64,000 nucleotides of DNA from an uncultured Eubacteriales bacterium. Its GTDB lineage: Bacteria > Bacillota > Clostridia > Oscillospirales > Oscillospiraceae. Under the pieces are notes generated by a model. That model searched no databases, had not been told where the DNA came from, and saw nothing but the letters and a program-made list of their open reading frames with translations. Made by a program: the position numbers and the translations under genes. The DNA is taken from NCBI GenBank assembly GCA_900545815.1, contig URAM01000003.1:64082-128081 (forward strand), in the 5' to 3' direction. Below are positions 7,849 through 17,820 of this stretch, piece by piece. Numbering within the stretch: the stretch's first letter is position 1; every line of letters begins with the position of its first letter.

Positions 7849-9450
7849 TTACTCGTGTTCTTTCTCCTCTTCCTCCCCATCGGCGGCTTTGCCGGCGTTT
7901 TCATAGGCCATCAGGTTCATGATCTTCTCCGACAGCATGACCCAGAAGCAATCCCTGCTGTCCTCTCCCGTAAAGCCGGTCAAAGACTCGATGCGATTGA
8001 TGCGGTTTTTCAGGGTGTTGTAGTGGAGATACATGGTCTTGGCAGTGTTGGGGATGGAGCAGTGGTTTTTAGTGTAGACAAAGAGGGTGTTGAGCAGATC
8101 GGCGCTGGAGGGTGCGGCCTGGAGCTTCTTCACAGCCGGATGGAGCAGATCCCACAGGTTCACCTCTTTGCCCAGGGACAGGATCATATGGTACTCAAAG
8201 ATGTCCCGATAGCAGAGGATCTGCTGCTGCTCGTGCTCCTTGGAGATGGTGCGGAACTCGGTGCAGAACAAGGTCTGCTGGTAATAATTGCGCACCTGGT
8301 ACAGCTCGTGGAAATGAGTGGAGATGTTGGCGGTGCAGTTGAGCTTTTCCAGGACGGAGGAGAGCTGGCTGAGCCACTTCTCGTCTTGGGTGATGTTCTC
8401 CTCATTGGAGTCATAGAGCACCAAAAAACAGCCGTTAACCCAGATGACCAGATTGTTATGGAAGTAGGAACGGATACGCTGCAAGGTGAAGGAGATAATA
8501 TCGTTGGTGGTCTGGGAACCGATGAAGTTGATGCCGATGACGTAGAGGTATTTGTAGAATTTCAGGTTGTATAGCTCCTGACGGGAGAGGATCTCATATT
8601 TGTTGGTGAACTTCCCCTCCAGCAGCGAGTGCAGAAAGTCCTCCGTCAAAGAGACCACATCTGGGATGCGTCCCCGAGTGCTGCTGCGGACGAAGGGGAC
8701 ATAGTGGCTGAAGAGCTGGAACACCTGCAAGTCAAAATTGCTGACTGGATGGTTGGCCTCCAACAGTTTCAGGTAGCCCAGGACGATGTTGTTCTGATTG
8801 ACCCGCGTGGAATACTGCTTCACAGAGGTGACCTCGTTGGGCAGCTCCACCCGAATGTCTCCTAAAATCAAGTGATCCTCATCGGCAAAGGCGGAGCGGT
8901 TCATGATATAGCCGATGTACTTAGAGGAGAACATCTGGTTGTCCAGGGCGTAGCGCCAGGCATCCTCATTCCGGAGGACAGAGGTGCCGGCGTGGGCAAT
9001 GAGGTTAAAGGAGATGTCCACCAACATGAGGGGGTTGTTGAGGATGCTGTAGGCGTACTCCATGAGCTTGTGGATGTCCCCGCCGCCGTGGATGATGGAG
9101 ATGAGGGTGCGGGAGATATTGTCCAGCTTGGATTCTTCGGAGAGCAGTCCGGAGATCTGTTCGATGAGGGTAACGTATGCAGCTACAGAATGCACTACCA
9201 TCAGGTTCCCCTGCGCCGCCAGCGTATCCGGCGGCACCTCCTGTTCCGTGCAGAGCAGGAAATTTCCCTGGGGCGGGAGGGTCTGTTCCGTCAGATCTGG
9301 CGCTTTACTAATATAAAGGTAGTCTGGGCTGTAGGCGGTGTCCAGCTCACGGAGCTGTTTCAGACCGATGATCTTGGCTGTGGGACGCCGGCAGAGGATC
9401 TGTGCATCGGACGGCAGCAGATCCAGGATGCGTTCAACAGATATTTCCAT
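7849..9450 (-). CDS. PucR/CdaR-family transcriptional regulator, divergent from the ADH/ALDH operon
   Basis: Start at the ATG 9448-9450 (MEISVERILDLL...), preceded by GGAGGAA. C-terminal PucR HTH (...KTMYLHYNTLKNRINRIESLTGF...). Confidence 0.8.
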   Translation of the reverse strand: MEISVERILDLLPSDAQILCRRPTAKIIGLKQLRELDTAYSPDYLYISKAPDLTEQTLPPQGNFLLCTEQEVPPDTLAAQGNLMVVHSVAAYVTLIEQISGLLSEESKLDNISRTLISIIHGGGDIHKLMEYAYSILNNPLMLVDISFNLIAHAGTSVLRNEDAWRYALDNQMFSSKYIGYIMNRSAFADEDHLILGDIRVELPNEVTSVKQYSTRVNQNNIVLGYLKLLEANHPVSNFDLQVFQLFSHYVPFVRSSTRGRIPDVVSLTEDFLHSLLEGKFTNKYEILSRQELYNLKFYKYLYVIGINFIGSQTTNDIISFTLQRIRSYFHNNLVIWVNGCFLVLYDSNEENITQDEKWLSQLSSVLEKLNCTANISTHFHELYQVRNYYQQTLFCTEFRTISKEHEQQQILCYRDIFEYHMILSLGKEVNLWDLLHPAVKKLQAAPSSADLLNTLFVYTKNHCSIPNTAKTMYLHYNTLKNRINRIESLTGFTGEDSRDCFWVMLSEKIMNLMAYENAGKAADGEEEEKEHE

Positions 9451-9842
9451 AGGTTCCTCCTTTTCATGTATCGCTCGGAACAATTTGTCAGGTTTACAAA
9501 ATGTAACTTTGTGCAAACATTCCATTCTCTAACATATCGGTATTATCCCCAAATGACGTTGCTTTTAGAGTACCCTAATTCGGCGAAAAAAACAATCCTT
9601 AAAAAGGAAAACTCAAATTTCCACCACGGTTCCATGAAAAATTTCAACAAAATACTCCAATTCTGTTAGCATATTTTTTCAACTTCACGCTGAAAAAACC
9701 CGGTTTCATTCATCGGAACAAACAGAAGAATTGACGTTTCAGAAAGGCTTTTTGTGCATTATACTAAAGCCAGTGAGTGAATGAACGTGTCTGCGCAGGC
9801 AGAAGAACCTGTATATGAAAATTTTTGAGGAGGTTTTTCGGA

Positions 9843-11024
9843 ATGAATCGAGCCTATGAAAAGCTCTGCAACTACACACAGCAGTGCCCCGTCACCTTCG
9901 GCGTTGGCAGTATCGCCACCGTCAAGGACGCAATGGGTATGCTGGGCGCAAAGAAACTGTTCGTGGTCTACGACCAGGGCGTGAAGATGTCCGGTCTGGC
10001 CGAGAAGGTCACCAAGTCCCTGGATGAACAGGGCGTAGACTATATCACTTATGATGACATCACCGCTGAACCCGTGGAAGACGTGGTGGACAAGGCTTAC
10101 GAAGTGGCCAAGGAAGCCGGCTGTGACGGCGTTCTGGGTCTGGGCGGCGGCTCCCCCATGGATACTGCCAAAATCATCTCCGTCCTGCTGAAAAAGGGCG
10201 GCAAGACCAGCGATTATTTCCTGAGTAAGCTGGGCCCCATCTTCCACGATCATGTTCCCTCTCTGATGGTTCCCACCTCCAGCGGCACCGGCTCCGAAGT
10301 CACCTGCGTTGCGGTAGTCTCCGACATCAACCATGCCAAGGACGGCGTTCTGGCTGGCCCCTCCATGGCCATCGTTGACCCTGAGATGACCCTCACCTGC
10401 CCCCCGCTGAACACCGTCACCAGCGCACTGGACGCCTTCGCCCATGCTGCCGAAGCCTTCACCGCAGCAGATGTGGACCCCGTCAGCGACCAGTTGGCTC
10501 TGGAAGCCATCCGCTTGATCATGGCCAACCTGGACAAGGTCTATCACAACGGCGCTGACATCGAAGCTCGCACCCGTATGTCCATGGCCGCCAACATGGC
10601 TGGCATCGCCTTCAGCAACACCGGCGTCTCCTTCGGCCACGCTGCCGGTCACGAATTCGGCACCAAGTTCCACATCGGCCACGGCCTGGCTTGCTGCTAC
10701 AGCGTGCCCGTCACTCTGAAGTGGAACGCCATCAACAACACCGAACGCGCCAGAAAGATTGCCGAAGCCATGGGCATCGAAGGCTTTGACACCCTGGCTC
10801 CCGAAGAACTGGGCAAGGTCATGGCCGACATCATCGTGAAGATGATGAAGGACTACAAGGTTCCCACTATGGCAGAAAAGGGCGCCACCAGACAGGCTTG
10901 CATCGACCTGGCGGAGGACTCCATCGCCCACAACCAGATGCAGTATGCCGATGTGGTGCGTCCCATCCCCATCGAAGAATACCGCGAAATGCTGGCTGAG
11001 ATGTACGACCTGTCTGTTCAGTAA
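9843..11024 (+). CDS. Iron-containing (group III) alcohol dehydrogenase
   Basis: Start MNRAYEKL after GAGGAGG. Fe-ADH motifs GLGGGSPMDTAKI and the His-rich metal site (AHAAEAF...GHAAGHEFGTKFHIGHG). Confidence 0.85.
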   Translation: MNRAYEKLCNYTQQCPVTFGVGSIATVKDAMGMLGAKKLFVVYDQGVKMSGLAEKVTKSLDEQGVDYITYDDITAEPVEDVVDKAYEVAKEAGCDGVLGLGGGSPMDTAKIISVLLKKGGKTSDYFLSKLGPIFHDHVPSLMVPTSSGTGSEVTCVAVVSDINHAKDGVLAGPSMAIVDPEMTLTCPPLNTVTSALDAFAHAAEAFTAADVDPVSDQLALEAIRLIMANLDKVYHNGADIEARTRMSMAANMAGIAFSNTGVSFGHAAGHEFGTKFHIGHGLACCYSVPVTLKWNAINNTERARKIAEAMGIEGFDTLAPEELGKVMADIIVKMMKDYKVPTMAEKGATRQACIDLAEDSIAHNQMQYADVVRPIPIEEYREMLAEMYDLSVQ

Positions 11025-11120
11025 TCTCCGCTCCAACGCTCCCATTTTAATCAAGCAAACGTGAAAGAAACAGAATAACCAACATCTAATTTTAGCTATT
11101 TCCCATAGGAGGAACCTATT

Positions 11121-12467
11121 ATGTATAAAGAAATGCACGGTGTATTTGAAGTGATCGAAGACGCAATCGACGCAGCATACGAAGCACAGCGTATCCTGGA
11201 AGCCAACTACACCACTGAAGACCGTCAGAAGTTCATCGACGCTGTCAAGGCAGAAGCGCTGAAGGTGGTCAACGAAGAAACCATCAAGGAATTTGAAGAA
11301 ACCGGCTACGGCCGTCTGGATCAGAAGCTGGTCAAGAACTATGGCTCCATCGCAGAAAACCCCGGCGTAGAATCCCTGAAGCATGAAGTCCTGGCCTCCG
11401 GCAAGGGCGTCACCATCGACTTCGCCGCTCCCTACGGCACCGTTGGCGCTCTGACTCCTGTCACCAACGGTCTGGTCACCGTGGTCTGCAACACCCTGAG
11501 TATGCTGGCCGCTGGCAACACCATCGTTTTCAACGCCCATCCCGCTGGCAAGGAATCCGCTTGCAAGGCTTGCGACCTGGTCAACCGTGCCATCGTCGAA
11601 GCAGGCGGCCCCGACAACGTCTGCACCATGATCGCTGATCCTACTTATGAAACTCTGGATGTCATCATGGCTTCCGACAAGATCAAGATGCTCATCGGCA
11701 CCGGCGGCGAAGGCATGGTGGCCAAGCTCATGAGCTCCAACAAGAAGGTCATCGCAGCCGGCCCGGGCAACCCTCCTGCCGTCATTGATGAGACTGCCAA
11801 CGTCAAGCAGGCCGCCCAGGTTCTGTACGAAATGGTTCCCTTTGAAAACAATATGCTCTGCATCACCGAGAAGGAAGCCTTCGTTGTGGAGAGCGTCTAT
11901 GACGAATTCGTGGAAGCCATGAAGGAATGCGGCGCTCGCGTCCTGACCGAGGAAGAAGCACAGAAGGTCATTGACCTGTGCATCGCGCCCAACGCAGAAG
12001 GCAAGCTGATGCCCAACAAGAAGTTCGTCGGCAAGAACGCCAATGTCATCCTGAAGGCCGCCGGCCTGGAAGTGGACGAGAGCGTGGATCTGCAGCTGGC
12101 TGTCATCCTGACCGACAGTGTGGATCATCCCTATGTTATGTGCGAACAGCTCATGCCCATCTTCCCCATCTGCAAGGTCAAGGATTGGGACGCAGCTATG
12201 GCCGCAGCCATCAAGGCAGAAGCGGGCTGCCACCACTCCGCCTGCGTCTGGACTGCTTCTCTGGAACGGGCTACCGCTCTGGGCAAGGCACTGGGCTGCA
12301 CCTGCTTCGCCATGAACGGCCCCACCGTTGGCGGCACCGGCATGATGGGCACCGGCTACGGCTCCCCCACCATCGCTGTCTCCACCGGCGAAGGCTTCAC
12401 CACCCCCAACACCTTCACCAGATTCCGCCGCTTCGCTATGTGCCAGGGCGCTGCCTACATGGGCTAA
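11121..12467 (+). CDS. CoA-acylating aldehyde dehydrogenase of the PduP/EutE family
   Basis: Blocks typical of PduP/EutE: GALTPVTNG...VCNTLSMLAAGN, GTGGEGMV, IAAGPGNPPAVIDETANVKQAA, FENNMLCITEKE (catalytic Cys). AGGAGGAA SD. Confidence 0.85.
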   Translation: MYKEMHGVFEVIEDAIDAAYEAQRILEANYTTEDRQKFIDAVKAEALKVVNEETIKEFEETGYGRLDQKLVKNYGSIAENPGVESLKHEVLASGKGVTIDFAAPYGTVGALTPVTNGLVTVVCNTLSMLAAGNTIVFNAHPAGKESACKACDLVNRAIVEAGGPDNVCTMIADPTYETLDVIMASDKIKMLIGTGGEGMVAKLMSSNKKVIAAGPGNPPAVIDETANVKQAAQVLYEMVPFENNMLCITEKEAFVVESVYDEFVEAMKECGARVLTEEEAQKVIDLCIAPNAEGKLMPNKKFVGKNANVILKAAGLEVDESVDLQLAVILTDSVDHPYVMCEQLMPIFPICKVKDWDAAMAAAIKAEAGCHHSACVWTASLERATALGKALGCTCFAMNGPTVGGTGMMGTGYGSPTIAVSTGEGFTTPNTFTRFRRFAMCQGAAYMG

Positions 12468-12650
12468 GGATAGCGAGCATCCCCTTTTTGCACACAACCA
12501 CTGTCTAATTTGTCCCTTATGAGGCAGTGACATCCGTCCCCGGGTACCACTGGATTACGGGAATCCGCCAAGATCCATGCGTATCCGGGGACAAGCTGTC
12601 AGAGAGAAGGCTCGTTGCTGTCTCTGAAAAGTCAAAAGAGGAGGTTCTTT

Positions 12651-13895
12651 ATGGAAATCAAAAAACTGAACTACGGTTGGGGTGTCAAACTGGCCGTCCT
12701 GCTCATCATCTGTGTGCAGTACACTGTCACCATCACCTCCCCCATCCTGGGCACCATCATGGAAGCGTTCCCGGAACACGCCAGCATGGTCAAGCTGCTG
12801 GAGACTATCCCCACCTTTGCAGCCGTGATCATCTCCATCCTGCTGGGACCGCTGATGAAGGTCTTTTATAAGAAGCAGCTGCTGCTGTTCGGCATCGCCC
12901 TGTCCTTCTTCCAGTTCATCCCCGCCATCGTCCCCGGCTTCTGGCCCCTGTTCATCTGCCGTACAGTCGCCGGCTTCGGCATCGGCTTCATGTACTCCTT
13001 CGCCGCTTCCTTCGCCGTCGATATGTTCGACGAAAAGGGCGCTGCGGATATGCTGGGTCTGAGAAGCACCCTGGGCGCTGTCATGGGCATCGTCTATCAG
13101 CAGCTGTCCGCCCGCTTCGCCGTGGCCTCCGGCAGCTATCAGCGCTCCTTCATGGTCGCTCTGATTCTGGTTCCCATCTTCCTGTACATCCTGTTCATGA
13201 TGCCCAAGAGCTGCCCAGTGGAGGACTACAATCGGGAACAGGCAAAGCTGCCCCATGAAGAAAAGGCCAAGGAAAAGATCTACTACCCCCTGACCATCGC
13301 TCTGCTGGCCGTCCAGTTCCTGACCCTGCTGTTCTCCTACGCATTCATGACCAACGTCTCCATCGTCACCAGCACCGCTGTGGAAGCTGGCGGCATGGGC
13401 ATGACCGCGGCCACCGCAGCAAACGTGCTGTCCGTCTTTACCGTGGCCATCGCCGTGGGCGGCCTGCTCTACGCCAGAGTGTGGTGCCGTATCTTCAAGA
13501 ACTTCACCACCGGCGCCGGCATCCTGTTCCTCTGCGTAGGCATGATCATCAACTTCACTGCCGCCAAAAGCTGTAGCCTGCCCCTGCTGATGGTGGGTAC
13601 TGTGCTGTATGGTTTCGGCTTCGAAATGAACAACTCTCACCTCTGCCAGCTCCTCCCCCTGACCTCCGTCCCCTCCGCTGCCGCTTCCCTGCTGGGCGTC
13701 ATGTACGCCTGCATCAACCTGGGCAGCTTCGCCGCCGGCTTTATCACTCCTGTCATCTCCAAGGCCATCTTCGGCGAAGGCATCCTGGCTGACTGGAACC
13801 TGTGCATCTTCGGTCTGGCCATCAGCACCGTCCTGATGCTCGTCTGCTGCGGCGCGGTCAACAAGCAGGTCAAAGCAAAATCCACTCAGCAGTAA
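12651..13895 (+). CDS. MFS transporter
   Basis: Start MEIKKLNYGW after GAGGAGG. 12 predicted TM helices with the typical MFS loop pattern. Confidence 0.75.
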   Translation: MEIKKLNYGWGVKLAVLLIICVQYTVTITSPILGTIMEAFPEHASMVKLLETIPTFAAVIISILLGPLMKVFYKKQLLLFGIALSFFQFIPAIVPGFWPLFICRTVAGFGIGFMYSFAASFAVDMFDEKGAADMLGLRSTLGAVMGIVYQQLSARFAVASGSYQRSFMVALILVPIFLYILFMMPKSCPVEDYNREQAKLPHEEKAKEKIYYPLTIALLAVQFLTLLFSYAFMTNVSIVTSTAVEAGGMGMTAATAANVLSVFTVAIAVGGLLYARVWCRIFKNFTTGAGILFLCVGMIINFTAAKSCSLPLLMVGTVLYGFGFEMNNSHLCQLLPLTSVPSAAASLLGVMYACINLGSFAAGFITPVISKAIFGEGILADWNLCIFGLAISTVLMLVCCGAVNKQVKAKSTQQ

Positions 13896-14083
13896 GTCTG
13901 CCACACAACGAAACACAACTGAATGGATGTGCCGTACAGAAGTGGGCCACAATGCCTGAAGTGACCTCTGTACGGAAGCGGACAGGATTCCCCCTGTCCC
14001 AAGGGAAAACCGGAGAGGGCAACCTCTCCGGTTTTTCCCCCACCTTATCATCCTCTACTCCGATACGAGAAGGAACAAAACCT

Positions 14084-15382
14084 ATGAAAGAACAAGTACG
14101 CTCCTCTCAATTCCAGACGACTCGGAGCAATTTCGGCGCCTGGGGCTGGTTCACCATCCTCTTCGCATTCTTCTCCTTCATGTTCGCCGGCAACCTGATC
14201 GTAGACGGCATGAACATCACCGTCTCCGCCTTCGCCCAGCTGCGTGGCTGGCAGAGCGGGGTACTGCTGAGTTACTCCACCGTGGCAGGGCTGATCTCCA
14301 TCGTTGGCTGCGTTGTCCTCAGCAACAGTGTGTGCAGATACGGGGTCAAGATCGTTTACTGCATCAGTCTGGCCATTGTGGCTCTGTGCTGTATGGTCTG
14401 GGGTGCAGTGACCCAGCTGTGGCAGTACGTCCTCATCCTCATCCTGGTCAATATCTTCGGCAACGGCTTCGGTTTCGTGGGCGGCACCGCCATTCTCTCC
14501 AACTGGTTTCCTCGGAAAAAGGGTCTGGCCATGGGCTGGGCCACCATCGGCTTCCAAGCCTCTCCCGTCCTCATGCTCCCCACCTTCTCCTGGGTCATGC
14601 ATCGGTTCAACCTGCGCATCGCCTATCAGACGGTGGGTGCGTGCCTGCTGGTCATGCTACTGGTGTGCATCTTCTTGGTCAAGAGTGATCCGGAAGAGCA
14701 TGGCTGTGCGCCGGACAACGACTGGACCCACACCTTGGAGGAATTCAAGGCGCTGCATGAAAAGGCAGTGGCATACGAAAAGAGCCACCACCTGACCACC
14801 GCCCAGCTGCTCAAGACCAAGCAGATGTGGCAGATCGGGGTGGTCAACGGACTGCTACAGATGGCCATCACCGTCCTCATCGTCCAGTTCATCCCCAATA
14901 TGATCGCCTGCGGCTTCTCCGCCTCTACCTCCACCGCCATCTATTCTGTCGCTTCTATCCTGGGCGGTGTGGGCAGCTACCTGTGGGGATTGCTGGATCA
15001 GAAGGTGGGTGTGAAAAAGGCCACCGTTTGGATGTGCCTCATGCACGCCATCGCCGGCGCCGCCTTCGCCGTGGCTGCGGGACATCTGATCGAGGGGCCG
15101 GCGGTGCCCCTGTTCGGCGCCTTTATCGTTGGCTCCATCCTAGGCGTCTCCTCCAACTACGTTGGCTCCTTCACCGCCACCGTCTTTGGCCGCTACGGCT
15201 ACGCCCGTGCCTTCGGGCTGGTCTACATGGTGGTCTGCGCCCTGCGCTCTGCCGGTTATGCCCTCATCGGTGTGATCCAGACCGCCACCGGCAGTTACAC
15301 ACTCTCTTACTGGATCGCAGGCATCCTGAGTCTGCTGGCGCTGGCGCTGACCTTCCGCATTGATGACCGCTGCATCGGCTGA
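14084..15382 (+). CDS. MFS transporter (oxalate/formate-antiporter-like OFA-type features)
   Basis: Start MKEQVRSSQF after GAGAAGGAA. The upstream part of the long ORF overlaps the previous gene and is non-hydrophobic. Motif ...LSNWFPRKKGLAMGW... and 12 TM segments. Confidence 0.7.
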   Translation: MKEQVRSSQFQTTRSNFGAWGWFTILFAFFSFMFAGNLIVDGMNITVSAFAQLRGWQSGVLLSYSTVAGLISIVGCVVLSNSVCRYGVKIVYCISLAIVALCCMVWGAVTQLWQYVLILILVNIFGNGFGFVGGTAILSNWFPRKKGLAMGWATIGFQASPVLMLPTFSWVMHRFNLRIAYQTVGACLLVMLLVCIFLVKSDPEEHGCAPDNDWTHTLEEFKALHEKAVAYEKSHHLTTAQLLKTKQMWQIGVVNGLLQMAITVLIVQFIPNMIACGFSASTSTAIYSVASILGGVGSYLWGLLDQKVGVKKATVWMCLMHAIAGAAFAVAAGHLIEGPAVPLFGAFIVGSILGVSSNYVGSFTATVFGRYGYARAFGLVYMVVCALRSAGYALIGVIQTATGSYTLSYWIAGILSLLALALTFRIDDRCIG

Positions 15383-15404
15383 CCACAGGGAAAGGAGAAC
15401 GACC

Positions 15405-16244
15405 ATGGGGGATTGGAACCATGTGAACGGCTACCTCATCCGGCCGGAGCTGCAATACGCCGTGGAAGCAGCGCTGACCCTGAACAAGCCTCTCCTCCTC
15501 CGAGGCGAACCGGGCACGGGAAAGACCGGTCTGGCGCAGGCTGCTGCTCAAGCGCTCCAACGGCCGCTGCTGGTGTGGAACCTGAAATCGGACGCCAAGG
15601 CCAACCAAGGTCTATACCAATATGACGGGGTACGGCGGCTGTACGACAGTCAACTGCTGCGTGCGGCCGTCCCTGGCCGTCCCCGTCCCAAGGATCTGAC
15701 CGCCTATCTGCACCTGGGGCAGCTGGGACAGGCGTTTGTGTCCCACGAACCGGTGGTGCTGCTCATCGACGGCATCGACAAGGCGGATTTGGACTTCCCC
15801 GGCGACTTACTGTGGGAGTTGGAACGGGGACAATTCCAGATTGCCGAGACGGGAGCGGTCATCCAGGCTCGGCATCCCCCCTTGGTGCTCCTGACCTCCA
15901 ACGGAGAAAAGGAACTGCCCGTCGCCTTTCTCCGGCGCTGTCTGTTCTATGTCATCCCCTTTCCGGAGAAAGACGAAATGCGTGCCATCCTCTCCGTCCA
16001 CACCGGACTGGATGCGCTGCCGCCGGAACGGTTCGACCGAGCGTTGGAGGTATTCTACTGGATCCGCTCCCTGACCACACTGCAAAAGAAGCCCGGTACC
16101 TCCGAGCTGCTGGATTGGCTCCACGCCCTGGCTCTGACTGGGGCAGAGCCGGATGGGCTGCCTTATCTGGGGACGCTGCTGAAGCTGGAGGGGGACTGGG
16201 CAAAGGTACAGCAATACTGGAAGGGGCGACAGAATGTTCACTGA
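15405..16244 (+). CDS. MoxR-class AAA+ ATPase (CoxD/CbbQ/NorQ-like, ~280 aa)
   Basis: Start MGDWNHV after AAAGGAGAA. Walker A GEPGTGKT, Walker B VLLIDGIDKAD, sensor/Arg finger region. Confidence 0.8.
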   Translation: MGDWNHVNGYLIRPELQYAVEAALTLNKPLLLRGEPGTGKTGLAQAAAQALQRPLLVWNLKSDAKANQGLYQYDGVRRLYDSQLLRAAVPGRPRPKDLTAYLHLGQLGQAFVSHEPVVLLIDGIDKADLDFPGDLLWELERGQFQIAETGAVIQARHPPLVLLTSNGEKELPVAFLRRCLFYVIPFPEKDEMRAILSVHTGLDALPPERFDRALEVFYWIRSLTTLQKKPGTSELLDWLHALALTGAEPDGLPYLGTLLKLEGDWAKVQQYWKGRQNVH

Positions 16245-17442
16245 ATTCTTCTATTTGCTGCGGCAGGCGTATGGCCTGAACCTCTCCCTGCCTGAATGGC
16301 AGACCCTGCTCCGAGGGCTGGAGGCGGGTCTGCACCGGAACAGCCTGCTGGGCTTTTACGAGCTGTGCCGCCTGACCTTGGCCAAGAGCGAGAGCGACCT
16401 GGACAAGCTGGATCGGGGCTTTCTGGACTACTTCGGAGACATCGACCTGTTGGAATCGGTGCCGGAGGCGTTCATGGAGTGGCTGGCGCATCCGGAAGTG
16501 CAGGACAACGGCGTTTACAACTTCAAATTGGCGGAAGCAAACGATGCCTACTCCAACAACGAAGTCTCCCAGATGTTCCGAGAACGGCTGCGCACCCAGA
16601 AGGAGGAGCACAACCGAGGCAATTTCTATGTGGGCACCAGCGGCGTCTCCCCCTTCGGACGCAATGGGTACAGTCCCAAAGGCGTGCGGGTGGGGGGAGA
16701 AGGCCGGTTCCGCCGTGCCTTCTCCGTGGCTCAGCGACGGGAATTCCGAGATTTCCGAGAGGATCAGGTGCTGGACTTGCGGCAGATGCAGGTCGCCTTC
16801 CGGCGCCTGCGGCAGTACTCTGGTCGAGAGGATGTGCCGGAAACGGAATTCGCCCTGGACAAGACCATCCACGCCACCTGCCAGAACGGCGGCTGTCTGC
16901 GGGTGGTCTACGAAAAGCCCCGAAAAAACACCATCAAGCTGGCTCTGCTCATGGACAGCGGCGGCTCCATGTACCACTACGGCCGTCTCTGCTCCACTCT
17001 GTTCCATGCGGCCAATCAGGCCAACCACTGGAAGGATTTCAAACTTTTCTACTTCCACAACTGTGTCTATGACCAGCTCTACACCGACCCTCGCTGTCAG
17101 GATCAAAGCGCCATCGCCACCGAACAGGTCTTGCGTCAGCTGACATCAGACTACCGGCTCATGTTCGTAGGTGACGCCCAGATGAACCCAGATGAACTGT
17201 TACGCACCTCCTACTTCTCATTCAGCCGTTACGGCGTCAACAAGACGCCAGGGATTCAGTGGCTGAAGCGGTTCAAGGATCGCTATCCCCATCTGGTCTG
17301 GGTCAATCCGGAAGGGCGTCCCTCCGGCGGCAAGTTCTGGACGACCAGCTATGACGCCATCTCCGACCTGTTCGGCGGGATGTATCAGCTGACCCTGGAG
17401 GGGCTCAACGAAGCATTCAAAACACTGCTGGCCAAGGCATAG
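16234..17442 (+). CDS. VWA-domain protein of the CoxE family (partner of MoxR ATPase)
   Basis: ATG overlaps the stop region of the ATPase gene by 11 nt (translational coupling). CoxE-like N-terminus. C-terminal VWA/MIDAS region (ALLMDSGGSMY). Confidence 0.75.
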   Translation: MFTEFFYLLRQAYGLNLSLPEWQTLLRGLEAGLHRNSLLGFYELCRLTLAKSESDLDKLDRGFLDYFGDIDLLESVPEAFMEWLAHPEVQDNGVYNFKLAEANDAYSNNEVSQMFRERLRTQKEEHNRGNFYVGTSGVSPFGRNGYSPKGVRVGGEGRFRRAFSVAQRREFRDFREDQVLDLRQMQVAFRRLRQYSGREDVPETEFALDKTIHATCQNGGCLRVVYEKPRKNTIKLALLMDSGGSMYHYGRLCSTLFHAANQANHWKDFKLFYFHNCVYDQLYTDPRCQDQSAIATEQVLRQLTSDYRLMFVGDAQMNPDELLRTSYFSFSRYGVNKTPGIQWLKRFKDRYPHLVWVNPEGRPSGGKFWTTSYDAISDLFGGMYQLTLEGLNEAFKTLLAKA

Positions 17443-17445
17443 TGG

Positions 17446-17485
17446 AAACAGGCGTTCGATTGTTTATCGAACGCCTGTTTTGTGT
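17446..17485 (+). terminator. Rho-independent terminator after the VWA gene
   Basis: Stem AAACAGGCGTTCGAT / ATCGAACGCCTGTTT with loop TGTTT, then TTTGTGTATTTT. Confidence 0.8.
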
Positions 17486-17820
17486 ATTTTAGTCATTTTC
17501 TACGATGTCACTGGTGAAAAATGCAGCATTTCACAGGAGCGATGTGGGGGAAGGTTGCCAGATGGAATCGCAAGGAGTGTGAATATTTTTGCGGAAAACT
17601 TGGATGATTTTCAGTTTATTTTCGATATTTAAGTATTTTGTTCCGATGACACTCCCCCCTTCCAATGCTATCATGAAAGCAGATCAAGGCCCGCTCAGGG
17701 GTTACATCCTTCCACCCCATGGTCATTCACTCACTTGTGCCCCCTGGGCGGCCCCTATGTCAAGGAAACTTGTCCCTCTATAAATGAGATAAAATCCAAA
17801 CCAATACAAAGGAGAACAAT

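Noticed and set aside
7771-8574. 267-aa plus-strand ORF
   Set aside because: It begins inside the PucR terminator hairpin and runs antisense through the PucR regulator gene. There is no SD or domain signature.
11121-12467. Bacterial microcompartment (Pdu/Eut-type) locus implied by the PduP/EutE-family aldehyde dehydrogenase
   Set aside because: No BMC shell (PduA/EutM/EutN-like) proteins, no signature enzyme (diol dehydratase, ethanolamine ammonia lyase) and no phosphotransacylase were found anywhere in the window. The ALDH is treated as a free cytosolic enzyme.
9759-12533. 924-aa minus-strand ORF (Gly/Asp/Ala/His-rich) spanning the ADH and ALDH genes
   Set aside because: It is antisense to two genes with strong family signatures. 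Its composition is low-complexity, typical of a high-GC reverse-frame shadow ORF, and it has no SD.
12555-14051. 498-aa minus-strand ORF (Asp/Glu/Gly/Gln-rich) opposite the MFS genes
   Set aside because: Shadow ORF. The plus-strand MFS proteins have coherent TM topology, and this ORF has none.
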